Below, piece after piece: positions 18,000 to 27,461 of a stretch of 64,000 nucleotides of DNA. The DNA comes from a virus. Its lineage: Duplodnaviria > Caudoviricetes. A program made the translations under genes and the position numbers. The stretch covers positions 32,163 through 96,162 of the IMG/VR virus record IMGVR_UViG_3300033068_000989. One strand, 5' to 3'. The notes under the pieces were generated by a model, which saw nothing but the letters and a program-made list of their open reading frames with translations, was not told the origin of the DNA and did no database searches. Within the stretch, counting starts at the first letter, position 1. The number at the start of each line of letters is the position of its first letter.

Positions 18000-18949
18000 T
18001 GAAATATTACCCACACTTCCTGGGAGGGAAATCATCAAAGATGAAGAGATACTTCAAGTTAAATAAAGAATTTCCAATAGGACATCCACAAAGATACCCA
18101 ATAGAAAATGCTTTGTTTCCATATAAAGTAGATATTTCTTTTGGAAGTACTAAGCCATCAGATAAACATGTATTAAGAATTAATACATCACAAGCAATTA
18201 AAAATTGTTCTAATAAAGTTTTAACTAAAAATATTCTAAAAGATAAGTGTCCTATTGTAACTAAATATGCTAAACTAAGTACATTCATAGTAGGCGATGA
18301 GTTACATATAGGTAAAATTAAAGAGCAAATAAGTTTTCCATTAGTAGCCAAACTAATATATGGATACGGTGGAATAGGAATGTACTTTATAAGCACATTA
18401 GATGACCTACTAGACTTTCTAGAAAGACAAAAAAATAATTTAAATAATTACTTTCTAGAAGAATATTTTAATACTACAAATGAGTATAGAGTACATATAT
18501 CACCTCTACTTAAAAATACTAAGATTCAATATAAATATGAGTATGGAGTACAAGTAAATGGTAAATGGGAAATTAAATTAAGTCTACCGAAAGTTTATGA
18601 AACTCGTGAAATTTTATCTGTTGAAAAGAAATTTTCTAATAATTCATTAATTAGAAACAGAGATAATGACGCAGTATTTTCTTCTAATTTTAGTAAACCA
18701 GATTGTTGGGAGAAATTAATTGAAGATTGTTTTAAAGCAGCTGAATTACTAGGCGTAGATTTCTGTTGTTTTGATGTACTATACAATAAAGACACAGGAA
18801 AATATGTAATCTGTGAAGCTAACTCTAATCCAGGAATGGATAACTCTATCACTAACTCATCTAAAAATATAACCGCACAACATTACCAACAAATGTTTCC
18901 CTATTTAATCACTAATAAATACTTAAAAGTATGTGCAGTTTCTTATTAA
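17999..18949 (+). CDS. ATP-grasp ligase (RimK-like)
   Basis: NKVLTK, FPLVAK..GYGGIGM, EEYF...EYRVH, LGVDFCCFDV, ICEANSNPGM. Confidence 0.85.
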   Translation: MKYYPHFLGGKSSKMKRYFKLNKEFPIGHPQRYPIENALFPYKVDISFGSTKPSDKHVLRINTSQAIKNCSNKVLTKNILKDKCPIVTKYAKLSTFIVGDELHIGKIKEQISFPLVAKLIYGYGGIGMYFISTLDDLLDFLERQKNNLNNYFLEEYFNTTNEYRVHISPLLKNTKIQYKYEYGVQVNGKWEIKLSLPKVYETREILSVEKKFSNNSLIRNRDNDAVFSSNFSKPDCWEKLIEDCFKAAELLGVDFCCFDVLYNKDTGKYVICEANSNPGMDNSITNSSKNITAQHYQQMFPYLITNKYLKVCAVSY

Positions 18950-20253
18950 CTACAGGAGGTGTCAATGAATACCTAATTAAGCTCATATCATTTCAACAAG
19001 ATTATCTAGGAGGTGACGGCGCAGGGATTGTCTACGAAGTAGATGGTAACTACACTATAAAGAAGATACTTCCCAACGAAGATAACAAAATATGTAACAC
19101 ATATACACTATTAACAGATAATATAAAATTACCTACTGATTACAATCTACTTGCTTTACATACTAGAAAAACTACTATAGGAGAAGTATCTATAGAAAAT
19201 ACTCAACCTTACTTATTAAAAAATAAAGAAGGAGTAATATTTACAATTTTACACAAAGGCACAGTATATAACCATGACATACTCGCAAAAAGTCTAGGCG
19301 TACCTATTGGTACGACAGACTCTAAAACTATAGCAAATGCTGTAGTATTAGGAAAAGAAAAAGAATTTATGAATGACATCGTAGGAGAAGCTACAGTAGT
19401 TTGGTATCGTTCAGATATGCCAAACACAGTATTTGCAGTAGGACACTCGTCTGAAGTCTCTTACAGAACTCCAATATTTGTTGTTAAAAACAATATGGAG
19501 ATTATCGTAGCAACTTCTGGTGTAATTTTAAATGAAGTAGTAAAAACTTTTCATACAAAAGAAGATAAAAGCTGTTTATCAGAACTCCTTACTAAAGGAA
19601 TATTTTATAAAATAACTACAGATGATATAGAAACTCTGTATACTATCCCAAGTAAACCTAAAGTATTAATAATAAATAAACATTATGGTATTCCACAATC
19701 AATTAACAGGATCATACCAAAAGATTTAATATATTACTTTAACTCTGAACCAATTCAATCTAAATATACTATTTCACTGAGTAAAAAAGTTATTGAGATA
19801 GATCCGATAATAACAACTTCAAAAGGATTTATACTAGAAGAACGATTAGAAGATGGTATAATAACATACTATAAAAATGGTAATCTATATGGTACAGAAG
19901 AATCTGTAGCAGTTAATAAGCTTTACTTCTATAAAGGAATATTAATGAGTAGTAGAGAAAACTGTATCTTCTGTATAGAAAATAGAATAATCAACCCAGA
20001 AGTATTGTGTAATTACGCTTTCTATCCAGTACCAGAAAATATTTCTATAATAAATTCAGACAAGTCTGTAACAAATTCAATGTTTTATGGTAAGAATGTT
20101 AAGAATGTACTACCAATATTCTCTACTGAACTACACACATTTGACCAATTAATACTTACTAAGACAGAAAGATTGGACATAAATGCAGCAGTAGAACTAT
20201 GGGAATATGACTTGAATATACTTAATAAAAATAAAATACTAGTTTTAGAATAG
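18931..20253 (+). CDS. Class II (Ntn) glutamine amidotransferase-like protein, divergent
   Basis: Cys2, DGAGI, HTRKTTIG...ENTQPY, HKGTVYN, TDS. Confidence 0.75.
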   Translation: MCSFLLTTGGVNEYLIKLISFQQDYLGGDGAGIVYEVDGNYTIKKILPNEDNKICNTYTLLTDNIKLPTDYNLLALHTRKTTIGEVSIENTQPYLLKNKEGVIFTILHKGTVYNHDILAKSLGVPIGTTDSKTIANAVVLGKEKEFMNDIVGEATVVWYRSDMPNTVFAVGHSSEVSYRTPIFVVKNNMEIIVATSGVILNEVVKTFHTKEDKSCLSELLTKGIFYKITTDDIETLYTIPSKPKVLIINKHYGIPQSINRIIPKDLIYYFNSEPIQSKYTISLSKKVIEIDPIITTSKGFILEERLEDGIITYYKNGNLYGTEESVAVNKLYFYKGILMSSRENCIFCIENRIINPEVLCNYAFYPVPENISIINSDKSVTNSMFYGKNVKNVLPIFSTELHTFDQLILTKTERLDINAAVELWEYDLNILNKNKILVLE

Positions 20254-20304
20254 ATACTTGACATAAATTATATGTTAAATATTTAAATTATAAAAAATAT
20301 TTTT

Positions 20305-20312
20305 TATATTTG
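20305..20312 (+). promoter_or_regulatory. Bacteroidota-type -7 promoter element (TAnnTTTG)
   Basis: TATATTTG in an AT-rich intergenic gap 14 nt before ATG 20327. Confidence 0.45.
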
Positions 20313-20326
20313 TAAAAATATTTGTA

Positions 20327-20749
20327 ATGTCAGGAAAATATAAAGCTGTATCTACAGTAGATGAAAATGGAAATAAATTTAAGTCTAAATTAGAAGCATA
20401 TTGTCATAAAAAACTAGAGGAGAATGACATTGATTTCGGATATGAGACAGTGTCATTCATTCTTCTAGAAGATTTCCAGCATGAGTTTGAATCATGGGAA
20501 ATTAAAACATTAAAAAAAGAAAAAGTGTATTCTGCTTTAGCCAAGAAAGTATCAAAGATAAAATATATACCAGATTTTATAGGTAGGGATTGGCTTATAG
20601 AAACTAAAGGCAAGAGAACTCCAGAGTTTAATTTAAAATGGAAATTATTTAAATATTACCTACATAATAATGGATTATTCTATAATCTGTTTTTGCCTAC
20701 ATCCCAAAAACAAGTGGACTTAAGTATCAAAACCATATTAAATAATTAA
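20327..20749 (+). CDS. PD-(D/E)xK endonuclease (endonuclease I / DUF1064-like)
   Basis: FKSKLE...YE...YIPDF...IETKG...KWKLF. Confidence 0.82.
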   Translation: MSGKYKAVSTVDENGNKFKSKLEAYCHKKLEENDIDFGYETVSFILLEDFQHEFESWEIKTLKKEKVYSALAKKVSKIKYIPDFIGRDWLIETKGKRTPEFNLKWKLFKYYLHNNGLFYNLFLPTSQKQVDLSIKTILNN

Positions 20750-20750
20750 A

Positions 20751-20903
20751 ATGAGACCTGAAAAATGTGAATGCGGTATAGACAAGTACCGATGTTATTT
20801 ACATAATGAAGATAATGACGGAACAAACTTTATTATTCTGTCTACGTGTGTATTAGTATTTATAATAGTACTAATCACATTTATTAAAACATGTAATGGA
20901 TAA
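20751..20903 (+). CDS. Small membrane protein, 50 aa (absent from ORF track)
   Basis: MRPEKCECG...FIILSTCVLVFIIVLITFIK; fills the gap between two genes. Confidence 0.5.
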   Translation: MRPEKCECGIDKYRCYLHNEDNDGTNFIILSTCVLVFIIVLITFIKTCNG

Positions 20904-21963
20904 AATAAAAGAATACTTCGCATCTAAACGAATATCTAACTCATTATTAGGAGCATTATCTAATCCTAGATGGGTAAAAATGAAAATGGATAACCCAGAT
21001 GCTGAAGACGAAGATAAAAAACATTTTAGAGTAGGTTCAGCATTAGACTGTTTACTAACTTCAAATGGTGTATTTGATGACGAGTTTACTGTAGTAGACG
21101 TAGTTAGACCATATGGATATATGGCTAAATTCGTAGAGTGTTTACCTTCTGAATTAACACCAGAATCTCCAATAGATCACTATAGAGAAGCTTATGATAA
21201 AGCTGGATATAAAATGAAAATAGAAAGAGTAGTAGATTCTTTTTGGACTAATCCTACTGCAGTAGAATATTATAACGCTGTTAGAAGTAGTAAATCAGGC
21301 AAAACAATACTATCTAAAGATGAATATGATGTGGTAATACAATGTAGGGATAAAATTTTAGCAAATTCTTTTACACATAAGTATTTTGTAAACAATGATC
21401 CAAACATAGAATTAATACATCAGTTACCAATCTACTTTAACTATAAAAATCATGAATGTAAAGCACTATTAGACGGTGTCTATATAAATCATAGGGAAAA
21501 ATATATACAACCGTTTGATTTAAAAACAATAGGTAAAAGTATCTATGATTTTCCTACTTCATTTGTACAATTTGGATACTATAGACAAGCGGCCTTCTAC
21601 ACAGAAGCTTTAGCTAATTATAGAATTAAAGATAGAAAAGAACAAGGTCTTAGTGATATCTCTGGATATTTAATCAAAGATTTTATATTCATAGTAGTAG
21701 AATCTAAATTGGGATCATCCTATCCTGCCATAATATACAAGACTTCCGATTCAGATATTGATGCAGGTTTATATGGAGGATATAAAGGAGAAAAATATTA
21801 CAAAGGTGTTGACGAACTATTGGAAGCTTATGATTATCATAACTTTACACAACAATGGGATTTACCTATGGAATTATTTGAAAATGAAGGATGTATAACA
21901 TTAAACGTGTTTATAAATGAAAACGAAAAAGGAACATTCAGTGAGAATACGGAAAGTACCTAA
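20896..21963 (+). CDS. PD-(D/E)xK exonuclease (RecE/DUF3799-like)
   Basis: ISNSLL, GSALD, CKALLD...DLKT...GYYRQAAFY. Confidence 0.82.
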   Translation: MDKIKEYFASKRISNSLLGALSNPRWVKMKMDNPDAEDEDKKHFRVGSALDCLLTSNGVFDDEFTVVDVVRPYGYMAKFVECLPSELTPESPIDHYREAYDKAGYKMKIERVVDSFWTNPTAVEYYNAVRSSKSGKTILSKDEYDVVIQCRDKILANSFTHKYFVNNDPNIELIHQLPIYFNYKNHECKALLDGVYINHREKYIQPFDLKTIGKSIYDFPTSFVQFGYYRQAAFYTEALANYRIKDRKEQGLSDISGYLIKDFIFIVVESKLGSSYPAIIYKTSDSDIDAGLYGGYKGEKYYKGVDELLEAYDYHNFTQQWDLPMELFENEGCITLNVFINENEKGTFSENTEST

Positions 21964-22032
21964 AAAAGAAAAGGTTCAGACTGTATATCAGCCTAAACCT
22001 AAATCCGAATATAAGTTTTAAATAACTTAACT

Positions 22033-22602
22033 ATGACGAAATCAACGTCATTTATTAAACAAATTTTAGAAATTCCTCATGGACAATCTAAAAAAAATGG
22101 CTATATAGATGCATATATAGGGTATTATCCAGAGTCTAGAGATGAATGGGGAGACAATATTTATTTAGCATTTAAATTAGACCAAATTTCTTCCGATTAC
22201 AGAAGGTTTCTAATGGATCACAAAGATTTTATGACAGTTTATCTAAATGAACAAGATCTTGTATTTAAATTCAGTATTTCTAATGATTTTAAAATACAAG
22301 TGATGGACCCATTTAAAAATGGACAATACTCTAAAATAGATAGAAACTATGTTAAAACCTATTTTTCTCAATATGTTGCGGATAGATCACAACGTATAAA
22401 AACATCTATGAATTGGCAAATTTTAACTAAAGATGACGAACTCAAGAAGTATTGGGAAAAAAGAATAGGAGTAACATTTACTGAAGATATGGAGGTCTGG
22501 TCAAGACCTGAAAAAGAAGAAGAAATTTATGGATATCAAAGCTCAGACAATGAACCTTCGCCAGAAGATTGCGAAATATCTAACCCAAGATATACCGAAT
22601 AA
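22033..22602 (+). CDS. Hypothetical protein
   Basis: 189-aa ORF with A-rich leader. Confidence 0.75.
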   Translation: MTKSTSFIKQILEIPHGQSKKNGYIDAYIGYYPESRDEWGDNIYLAFKLDQISSDYRRFLMDHKDFMTVYLNEQDLVFKFSISNDFKIQVMDPFKNGQYSKIDRNYVKTYFSQYVADRSQRIKTSMNWQILTKDDELKKYWEKRIGVTFTEDMEVWSRPEKEEEIYGYQSSDNEPSPEDCEISNPRYTE

Positions 22603-22942
22603 GCCTATGATAAGTAGGCAGGAGGCTCTTAATATTCTCAATATTAGTATTGAAGAATATCAAAATTTAATTAGACAAAGGAATGGTAAGGCTGTCACAG
22701 AGAAGAAGCTACCAACTAGTCAAAATAATAACGGGGGTCCCCTAGAAGATTTTTTTAAAGAAGTAAGAAAAGAATATAAGCAGCAGAAACTATTAGAAAA
22801 GAATACGTTTAAATATGTAGATGAAGCTACGCATATAAAAAATAGTCTTGACAAACTTAATTATCAAGACTATATAAAAGCCGCTTTATCTATTTTCTAT
22901 GCTGACTATCTTAAAAAATATGGAATGAAGATCCATATTTAA
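22529..22942 (+). CDS. Hypothetical protein
   Basis: 137-aa ORF, last before the terminator; start uncertain. Confidence 0.65.
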   Translation: MDIKAQTMNLRQKIAKYLTQDIPNKPMISRQEALNILNISIEEYQNLIRQRNGKAVTEKKLPTSQNNNGGPLEDFFKEVRKEYKQQKLLEKNTFKYVDEATHIKNSLDKLNYQDYIKAALSIFYADYLKKYGMKIHI

Positions 22943-22973
22943 ATTTGCATAATTTATTGGTTTTATATTTGGT

Positions 22974-23016
22974 AGGCCCGTCGAGAGTAATCTTGGCGGG
23001 CCTTTTTTTTTTTTTT
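22974..23016 (+). terminator. Rho-independent terminator at the convergence of early and late modules
   Basis: aggcccgtcgaga-gtaa-tcttggcgggcct followed by a long T run. Confidence 0.92.
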
Positions 23017-23028
23017 CAGGATCATCTA

Positions 23029-26000
23029 CTATTCATCTTCTTCGTCACCTAAATTGAACGCACTTTCAGCATGTTGCCAAGTAGTCCTAAGTGAAGTAAA
23101 CACAGGTAAAGTACCAGAAAATTCATTAGACCCTCTTAATTCCTTATCTTTAGTTAAATATTCTTTATCGTCTATATCAATAACTTCTAATCCATCCACA
23201 CCATATAATAAATATGATAGGGATATTTGAGCTGTACCACTTAATATAGATGCTAACACTTTCATACTAGCTGGAGTTTGATTAATATCTTGATACATTT
23301 GCCATATTTTCCAATGTTGTAATGTTTCATTTATAATTTTTTGTGACCATTGGTACATTTTATCTTTTGGATCTGGAGCAGATCCAAATGCTAAATATTG
23401 TACGGCTTTCATCAATGCCCATACAGATATATTTAATCCCATATCAAGTATATTTTCTTTTTGTCCTTGATCTAATTTATCCCATGCATATTCATCTAAA
23501 CCTTTTGGAAAATTATTATCTATAAATTTAGAAACCTTAGTATCTTTACCAAATATTTTACTGATTGTGGGGGTGTAATACATTATCATACCTAATAAAG
23601 TCATCCATTTTCCTTCTATTGCCTTAGCTTTAAATTCGTATATTGTATTACCATCCTCATCTGTCTTACCAGTATTTTGATACCTACCTTTAATATAATT
23701 TTCTCCATGGGTCATCAAGCCATGTCTTAACACAGATTGTAAATGTCTTCTAAATTGAATCAATACTTGCCCTAATATAGACGCTTCCAAAAAAGATCTA
23801 TCCAATTGTGCGAAACCGCCTTGTTTTTCTTCATAAATAGCATGCATTGCCATTACTTCTTTATTAGACAATTCAGTTAATTCTTCTCTGTTACCATTAG
23901 AATCTATGATGATCCCTCTTACATATGGTTTACCATTCTCATCTTTTTTATATTCCCAAGTTTTATATTCTATACCCGTAGCCGGATCAATTTTTGTAAC
24001 TTCTTCATACATATCCCATAAAGATTTACCTTTCATAGGACCTTGTTCTACTTTAATATGTTCCATTTGTGCTCTAAAGAATGTACCAATAAGTACCTCT
24101 TCTGCAGTAGAATATGGAAGAAGTGCCATATTTGTGCTACCTAATTTATAGGAATCTGTTACAAAGTACTTTTGTTCTTTTCTTAGTGGAGATATAGAAG
24201 GTATATAATTAAATTGGTTCATTAAAACCCATAATTTATTTTGATTAAGTTGTCCTTTCATAGCAGATACCTGCATGTTAATAGAGGGGCCTAATGCTGC
24301 TCCAAATTCTGATGCTCCCATTGTAGTAAAATCATTTACAAACGAAGTGTATTTAGGATCATCATATAGTCTTTTCATAATAGATTGTTTAGAAGCTTCA
24401 GTAAATGATGAAAACATAATACCTAATGCATTTTTAAGACCGCCTGGTATATTAAATCCTAATCGTATATAAGCAGTCAGTTTTCCTAAAGATAATAACG
24501 CTTTTCCTAAATCAAATGTTTGTAGTATTCTTATATGTTCGTTAGTTTCTTTAGAATTAAATCCAAATGTAAATGGTAATGCCCTTGAAAAGGGACTAAC
24601 TAATTCAGGTCTTCTTCCTCGTAATGCCAAATCTTGATGAGCATCTAACCATTTTTGTAAATTTGGTAGTAATACTTCACCAGTAGATTTATCCATATTT
24701 TTAATTTTTATTGATTCTATAAACGAATGTGCAGGAGTCAAATATATTTTAGCATAAGCAGATTTCATAAAAGTTTCAAATTGGTTCTCAAGTGAAAAAG
24801 AGTATTCATTTTCCATATTAGCTATAATATTTCCTAATCCTCTTAAAGGAATTACTTCTGTATTATTATGCTGTTCATCAAACACCAATTCATAAAAATT
24901 AGTTAAATATTTTCTAAAAAATTGTCTAAATTTAAAACTGTCTTTATAGTCAAATTCAGACTCAAGTTTTGCAACTTTTGGAAACCATCCTGCAATATAT
25001 ACAAATGGCGAGTTCTTTCGTACTTCGGATGAATTTATCTCATTACCATATGTTATTGGTATTTTTTTTATTTTACCCCTTTCCTTTTTTATCCTATACG
25101 ACAGTTGTTTATTCCACAAAGAATCAGTTCTTTTAGGGTCTAATATTTTTGAATATCTATCATTAAGAAAATTCATAATGTCAATAAAAGGTTTTTTAAC
25201 CTTATCACCTTCCATTATCCACGAAAATCTAGAATCATTTTTAACATTTTCTATAAGTTCTTTTTCTGTAGTTGCTAATACTTTTATTGTAGTATTGGTA
25301 TCTTTATCATAATAATCTATAGCCATTTTAATAATAAGTTGTTTAAAAATACTACTATCTTCTTGAAAAGCTTTAGAAGCTTTTAACAGTTGTTCGTGTT
25401 CTACCTCTAAGACAGAAGATACTACTGGATGTTTTATATTGTAAGCTGAGCCTATCCAATATTCTCCCAAAGATAAATCCCTTATGTTTTTAAAATCATG
25501 CCCTCTTAAAAATGGCATAGTCTTTGCAGCATTATCCACGACGGCTTGGTTTATTACATCTAATAAATCTCTAATCTTTTCATCTTGTATATATTTTGAA
25601 CCATAATTAGAGTAATCCATAAATTTCTGCCTATAAATAACTTCTTGTGTTAAATCGTCTAAAAATATATCTTTTTTACTAGAACTTAATCTATTCCTAA
25701 TTGCTAATACCGCATCACTTTCAGCCATATACACACTAGGATCAAACAAATTTGGATCGATTGCAATTAATGTATCGTATTTATCTTTCATTTCATCCAT
25801 TAGAAACATCTCTATCATAGGTAAAAATTCTTTGGGATCAACATGAAACTTAGTTCCAGATTTATGCATAGCAGATTCATCAGGTATCCATACTGCCATA
25901 AGATTTTCAAACTTAGCTTGTGGATCGTTAATTCTAGTAAGTATTGCTTCCCACATTATTTGTAATTTAGCTATGTTTTGAGGGTTATCAGTAATATCTA

Positions 26001-26991
26001 TATTAGCTCTTCTATAATATTTTAATGGTATTGAATTAGTCATTGATGCAAAACGTTGTCCTGCTTTAAAATCTATGATAGAATAAGAATGTTCCTTATG
26101 TTGTATTAACATATCTATTACAGATTTAACGCCTAATATTTGCGAGTTCATAGGAACCTGAAAAGAATATCTAATAGTTGAATCTTTGTTATCAATTATC
26201 TCATGAATCCCTAATATTCTAAATAATTTAGATACATAATAAGCTATATTTTCATCTTTTAATATCCATCCAAACCATTTCTCATTTATCTGAATAACTT
26301 TATTAGTATTATTTCTAATAATACTATCCATTTGTTTAAATTGATTTATCTTTTCAAACAGATCAGCTAATTCTTGTGATGCATTATTATACGCAGTCTC
26401 ATCTTCTATCAATGGAAGAGTTAATACCAGTTCTTGTACTTTGCCTCTATTTGCAGCACTTTCTGCTTTATTCAAACGGTATTCTAAATAATCCTCTTTA
26501 GTTAAAGGTATTGCAGAATCGTTAGGTTTAATTTCTTCGCCGTCCCTAACATTCTTATATAATTCTTCCACTTCTTCTTTAATATGTTCTTGTATAGGCT
26601 TAAGTGGTTGTTGTCTAAACTTATTTATCATACCATCTGGCGTAGTTAATCCTACATATTCTATAGATGGGTTCACTCTACTTCCGCTTTGTATAAGCTG
26701 TTTAAAACTAGCAGGCATATTATTCTCACTATTACCCCTCTCTACCGCATCAGCTACTACTTCTCTAAACTTATCTTCGTTCCTTCCTCTATTACTTAAT
26801 CTATTAAATCTAGTCTGTTTAGAATTACCTAAAGTAAAATATACGTTATATTTTGAACTACTTAATTGCTTAGTAATAACATCTACGGATTCTAATGTGG
26901 GATCTAGCGCAAATATTTTATAGGCGAGCTCTTCTCCGCCTAATGCTACTAAATCTTTCCACTCTCTACTATTAATATTAGGACAACTCAT
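23029..26991 (-). CDS. Large virion cargo protein with PD-(D/E)xK nuclease-like domain
   Basis: N-terminal CPN...EWKDLV...GE..AY motif as in crAss-like cargo proteins; IDML...IIDFKAG...LQ nuclease-like motif; hydrophobic C-terminal helices. Confidence 0.65.
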   Translation of the reverse strand: MSCPNINSREWKDLVALGGEELAYKIFALDPTLESVDVITKQLSSSKYNVYFTLGNSKQTRFNRLSNRGRNEDKFREVVADAVERGNSENNMPASFKQLIQSGSRVNPSIEYVGLTTPDGMINKFRQQPLKPIQEHIKEEVEELYKNVRDGEEIKPNDSAIPLTKEDYLEYRLNKAESAANRGKVQELVLTLPLIEDETAYNNASQELADLFEKINQFKQMDSIIRNNTNKVIQINEKWFGWILKDENIAYYVSKLFRILGIHEIIDNKDSTIRYSFQVPMNSQILGVKSVIDMLIQHKEHSYSIIDFKAGQRFASMTNSIPLKYYRRANIDITDNPQNIAKLQIMWEAILTRINDPQAKFENLMAVWIPDESAMHKSGTKFHVDPKEFLPMIEMFLMDEMKDKYDTLIAIDPNLFDPSVYMAESDAVLAIRNRLSSSKKDIFLDDLTQEVIYRQKFMDYSNYGSKYIQDEKIRDLLDVINQAVVDNAAKTMPFLRGHDFKNIRDLSLGEYWIGSAYNIKHPVVSSVLEVEHEQLLKASKAFQEDSSIFKQLIIKMAIDYYDKDTNTTIKVLATTEKELIENVKNDSRFSWIMEGDKVKKPFIDIMNFLNDRYSKILDPKRTDSLWNKQLSYRIKKERGKIKKIPITYGNEINSSEVRKNSPFVYIAGWFPKVAKLESEFDYKDSFKFRQFFRKYLTNFYELVFDEQHNNTEVIPLRGLGNIIANMENEYSFSLENQFETFMKSAYAKIYLTPAHSFIESIKIKNMDKSTGEVLLPNLQKWLDAHQDLALRGRRPELVSPFSRALPFTFGFNSKETNEHIRILQTFDLGKALLSLGKLTAYIRLGFNIPGGLKNALGIMFSSFTEASKQSIMKRLYDDPKYTSFVNDFTTMGASEFGAALGPSINMQVSAMKGQLNQNKLWVLMNQFNYIPSISPLRKEQKYFVTDSYKLGSTNMALLPYSTAEEVLIGTFFRAQMEHIKVEQGPMKGKSLWDMYEEVTKIDPATGIEYKTWEYKKDENGKPYVRGIIIDSNGNREELTELSNKEVMAMHAIYEEKQGGFAQLDRSFLEASILGQVLIQFRRHLQSVLRHGLMTHGENYIKGRYQNTGKTDEDGNTIYEFKAKAIEGKWMTLLGMIMYYTPTISKIFGKDTKVSKFIDNNFPKGLDEYAWDKLDQGQKENILDMGLNISVWALMKAVQYLAFGSAPDPKDKMYQWSQKIINETLQHWKIWQMYQDINQTPASMKVLASILSGTAQISLSYLLYGVDGLEVIDIDDKEYLTKDKELRGSNEFSGTLPVFTSLRTTWQHAESAFNLGDEEDE

Positions 26992-27452
26992 TAATTAAGA
27001 TTTTGTAATTTATATAAAGATGAATAAATAAGTTCTTCAATTATATCTAATTGACTAAGGATATAGCTATCCTTAGTAGTTCCTCTAAATTCAGTAATGT
27101 ATTCTAATTTATACTTTAAATACTCTACAGCATCAAGTTCTTCATGTATTTCTATAGGAGTATAGCCAGATATAATACCATACTTACCTTGCCAAGACTC
27201 TACTAGAGAATCGACTAGATCTACTATGTCTTTATATAATGTATCTAATGCCATATGTGTAACATAAGAAGTTGTTTTAAAATGTTGTATATGCATATTA
27301 TCTCTCATTTCAAACAAACAAGAAACAAGACTGCCTATAGTATACTCACTGTACGATTCTTCAGGTTGTTCATAACTTGTATTTATTTGTTTGTCGTTCT
27401 GTACTTGACCTAAGTTATCTGTTTCTTCAAAGCTATTTGCTAATTGGTACAT
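26991..27452 (-). CDS. Ferritin/Dps-like four-helix protein (DUF5856-like)
   Basis: HIQHFKTTSYVTHMALDTLY..IVDLVDSLVESWQGKYG...LYKL. Confidence 0.75.
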   Translation of the reverse strand: MYQLANSFEETDNLGQVQNDKQINTSYEQPEESYSEYTIGSLVSCLFEMRDNMHIQHFKTTSYVTHMALDTLYKDIVDLVDSLVESWQGKYGIISGYTPIEIHEELDAVEYLKYKLEYITEFRGTTKDSYILSQLDIIEELIYSSLYKLQNLN

Positions 27453-27461
27453 ACTTATATT

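Noticed and set aside
21917-22021. 34-aa basic ORF overlapping the exonuclease end
   Set aside because: Too short, no motif; cannot be supported without homologues.
22944-22971. TTTG...TATATTTG promoter-like pair
   Set aside because: Spacer is 16 nt, shorter than usual, and it points directly into the terminator; likely chance in AT-rich DNA.
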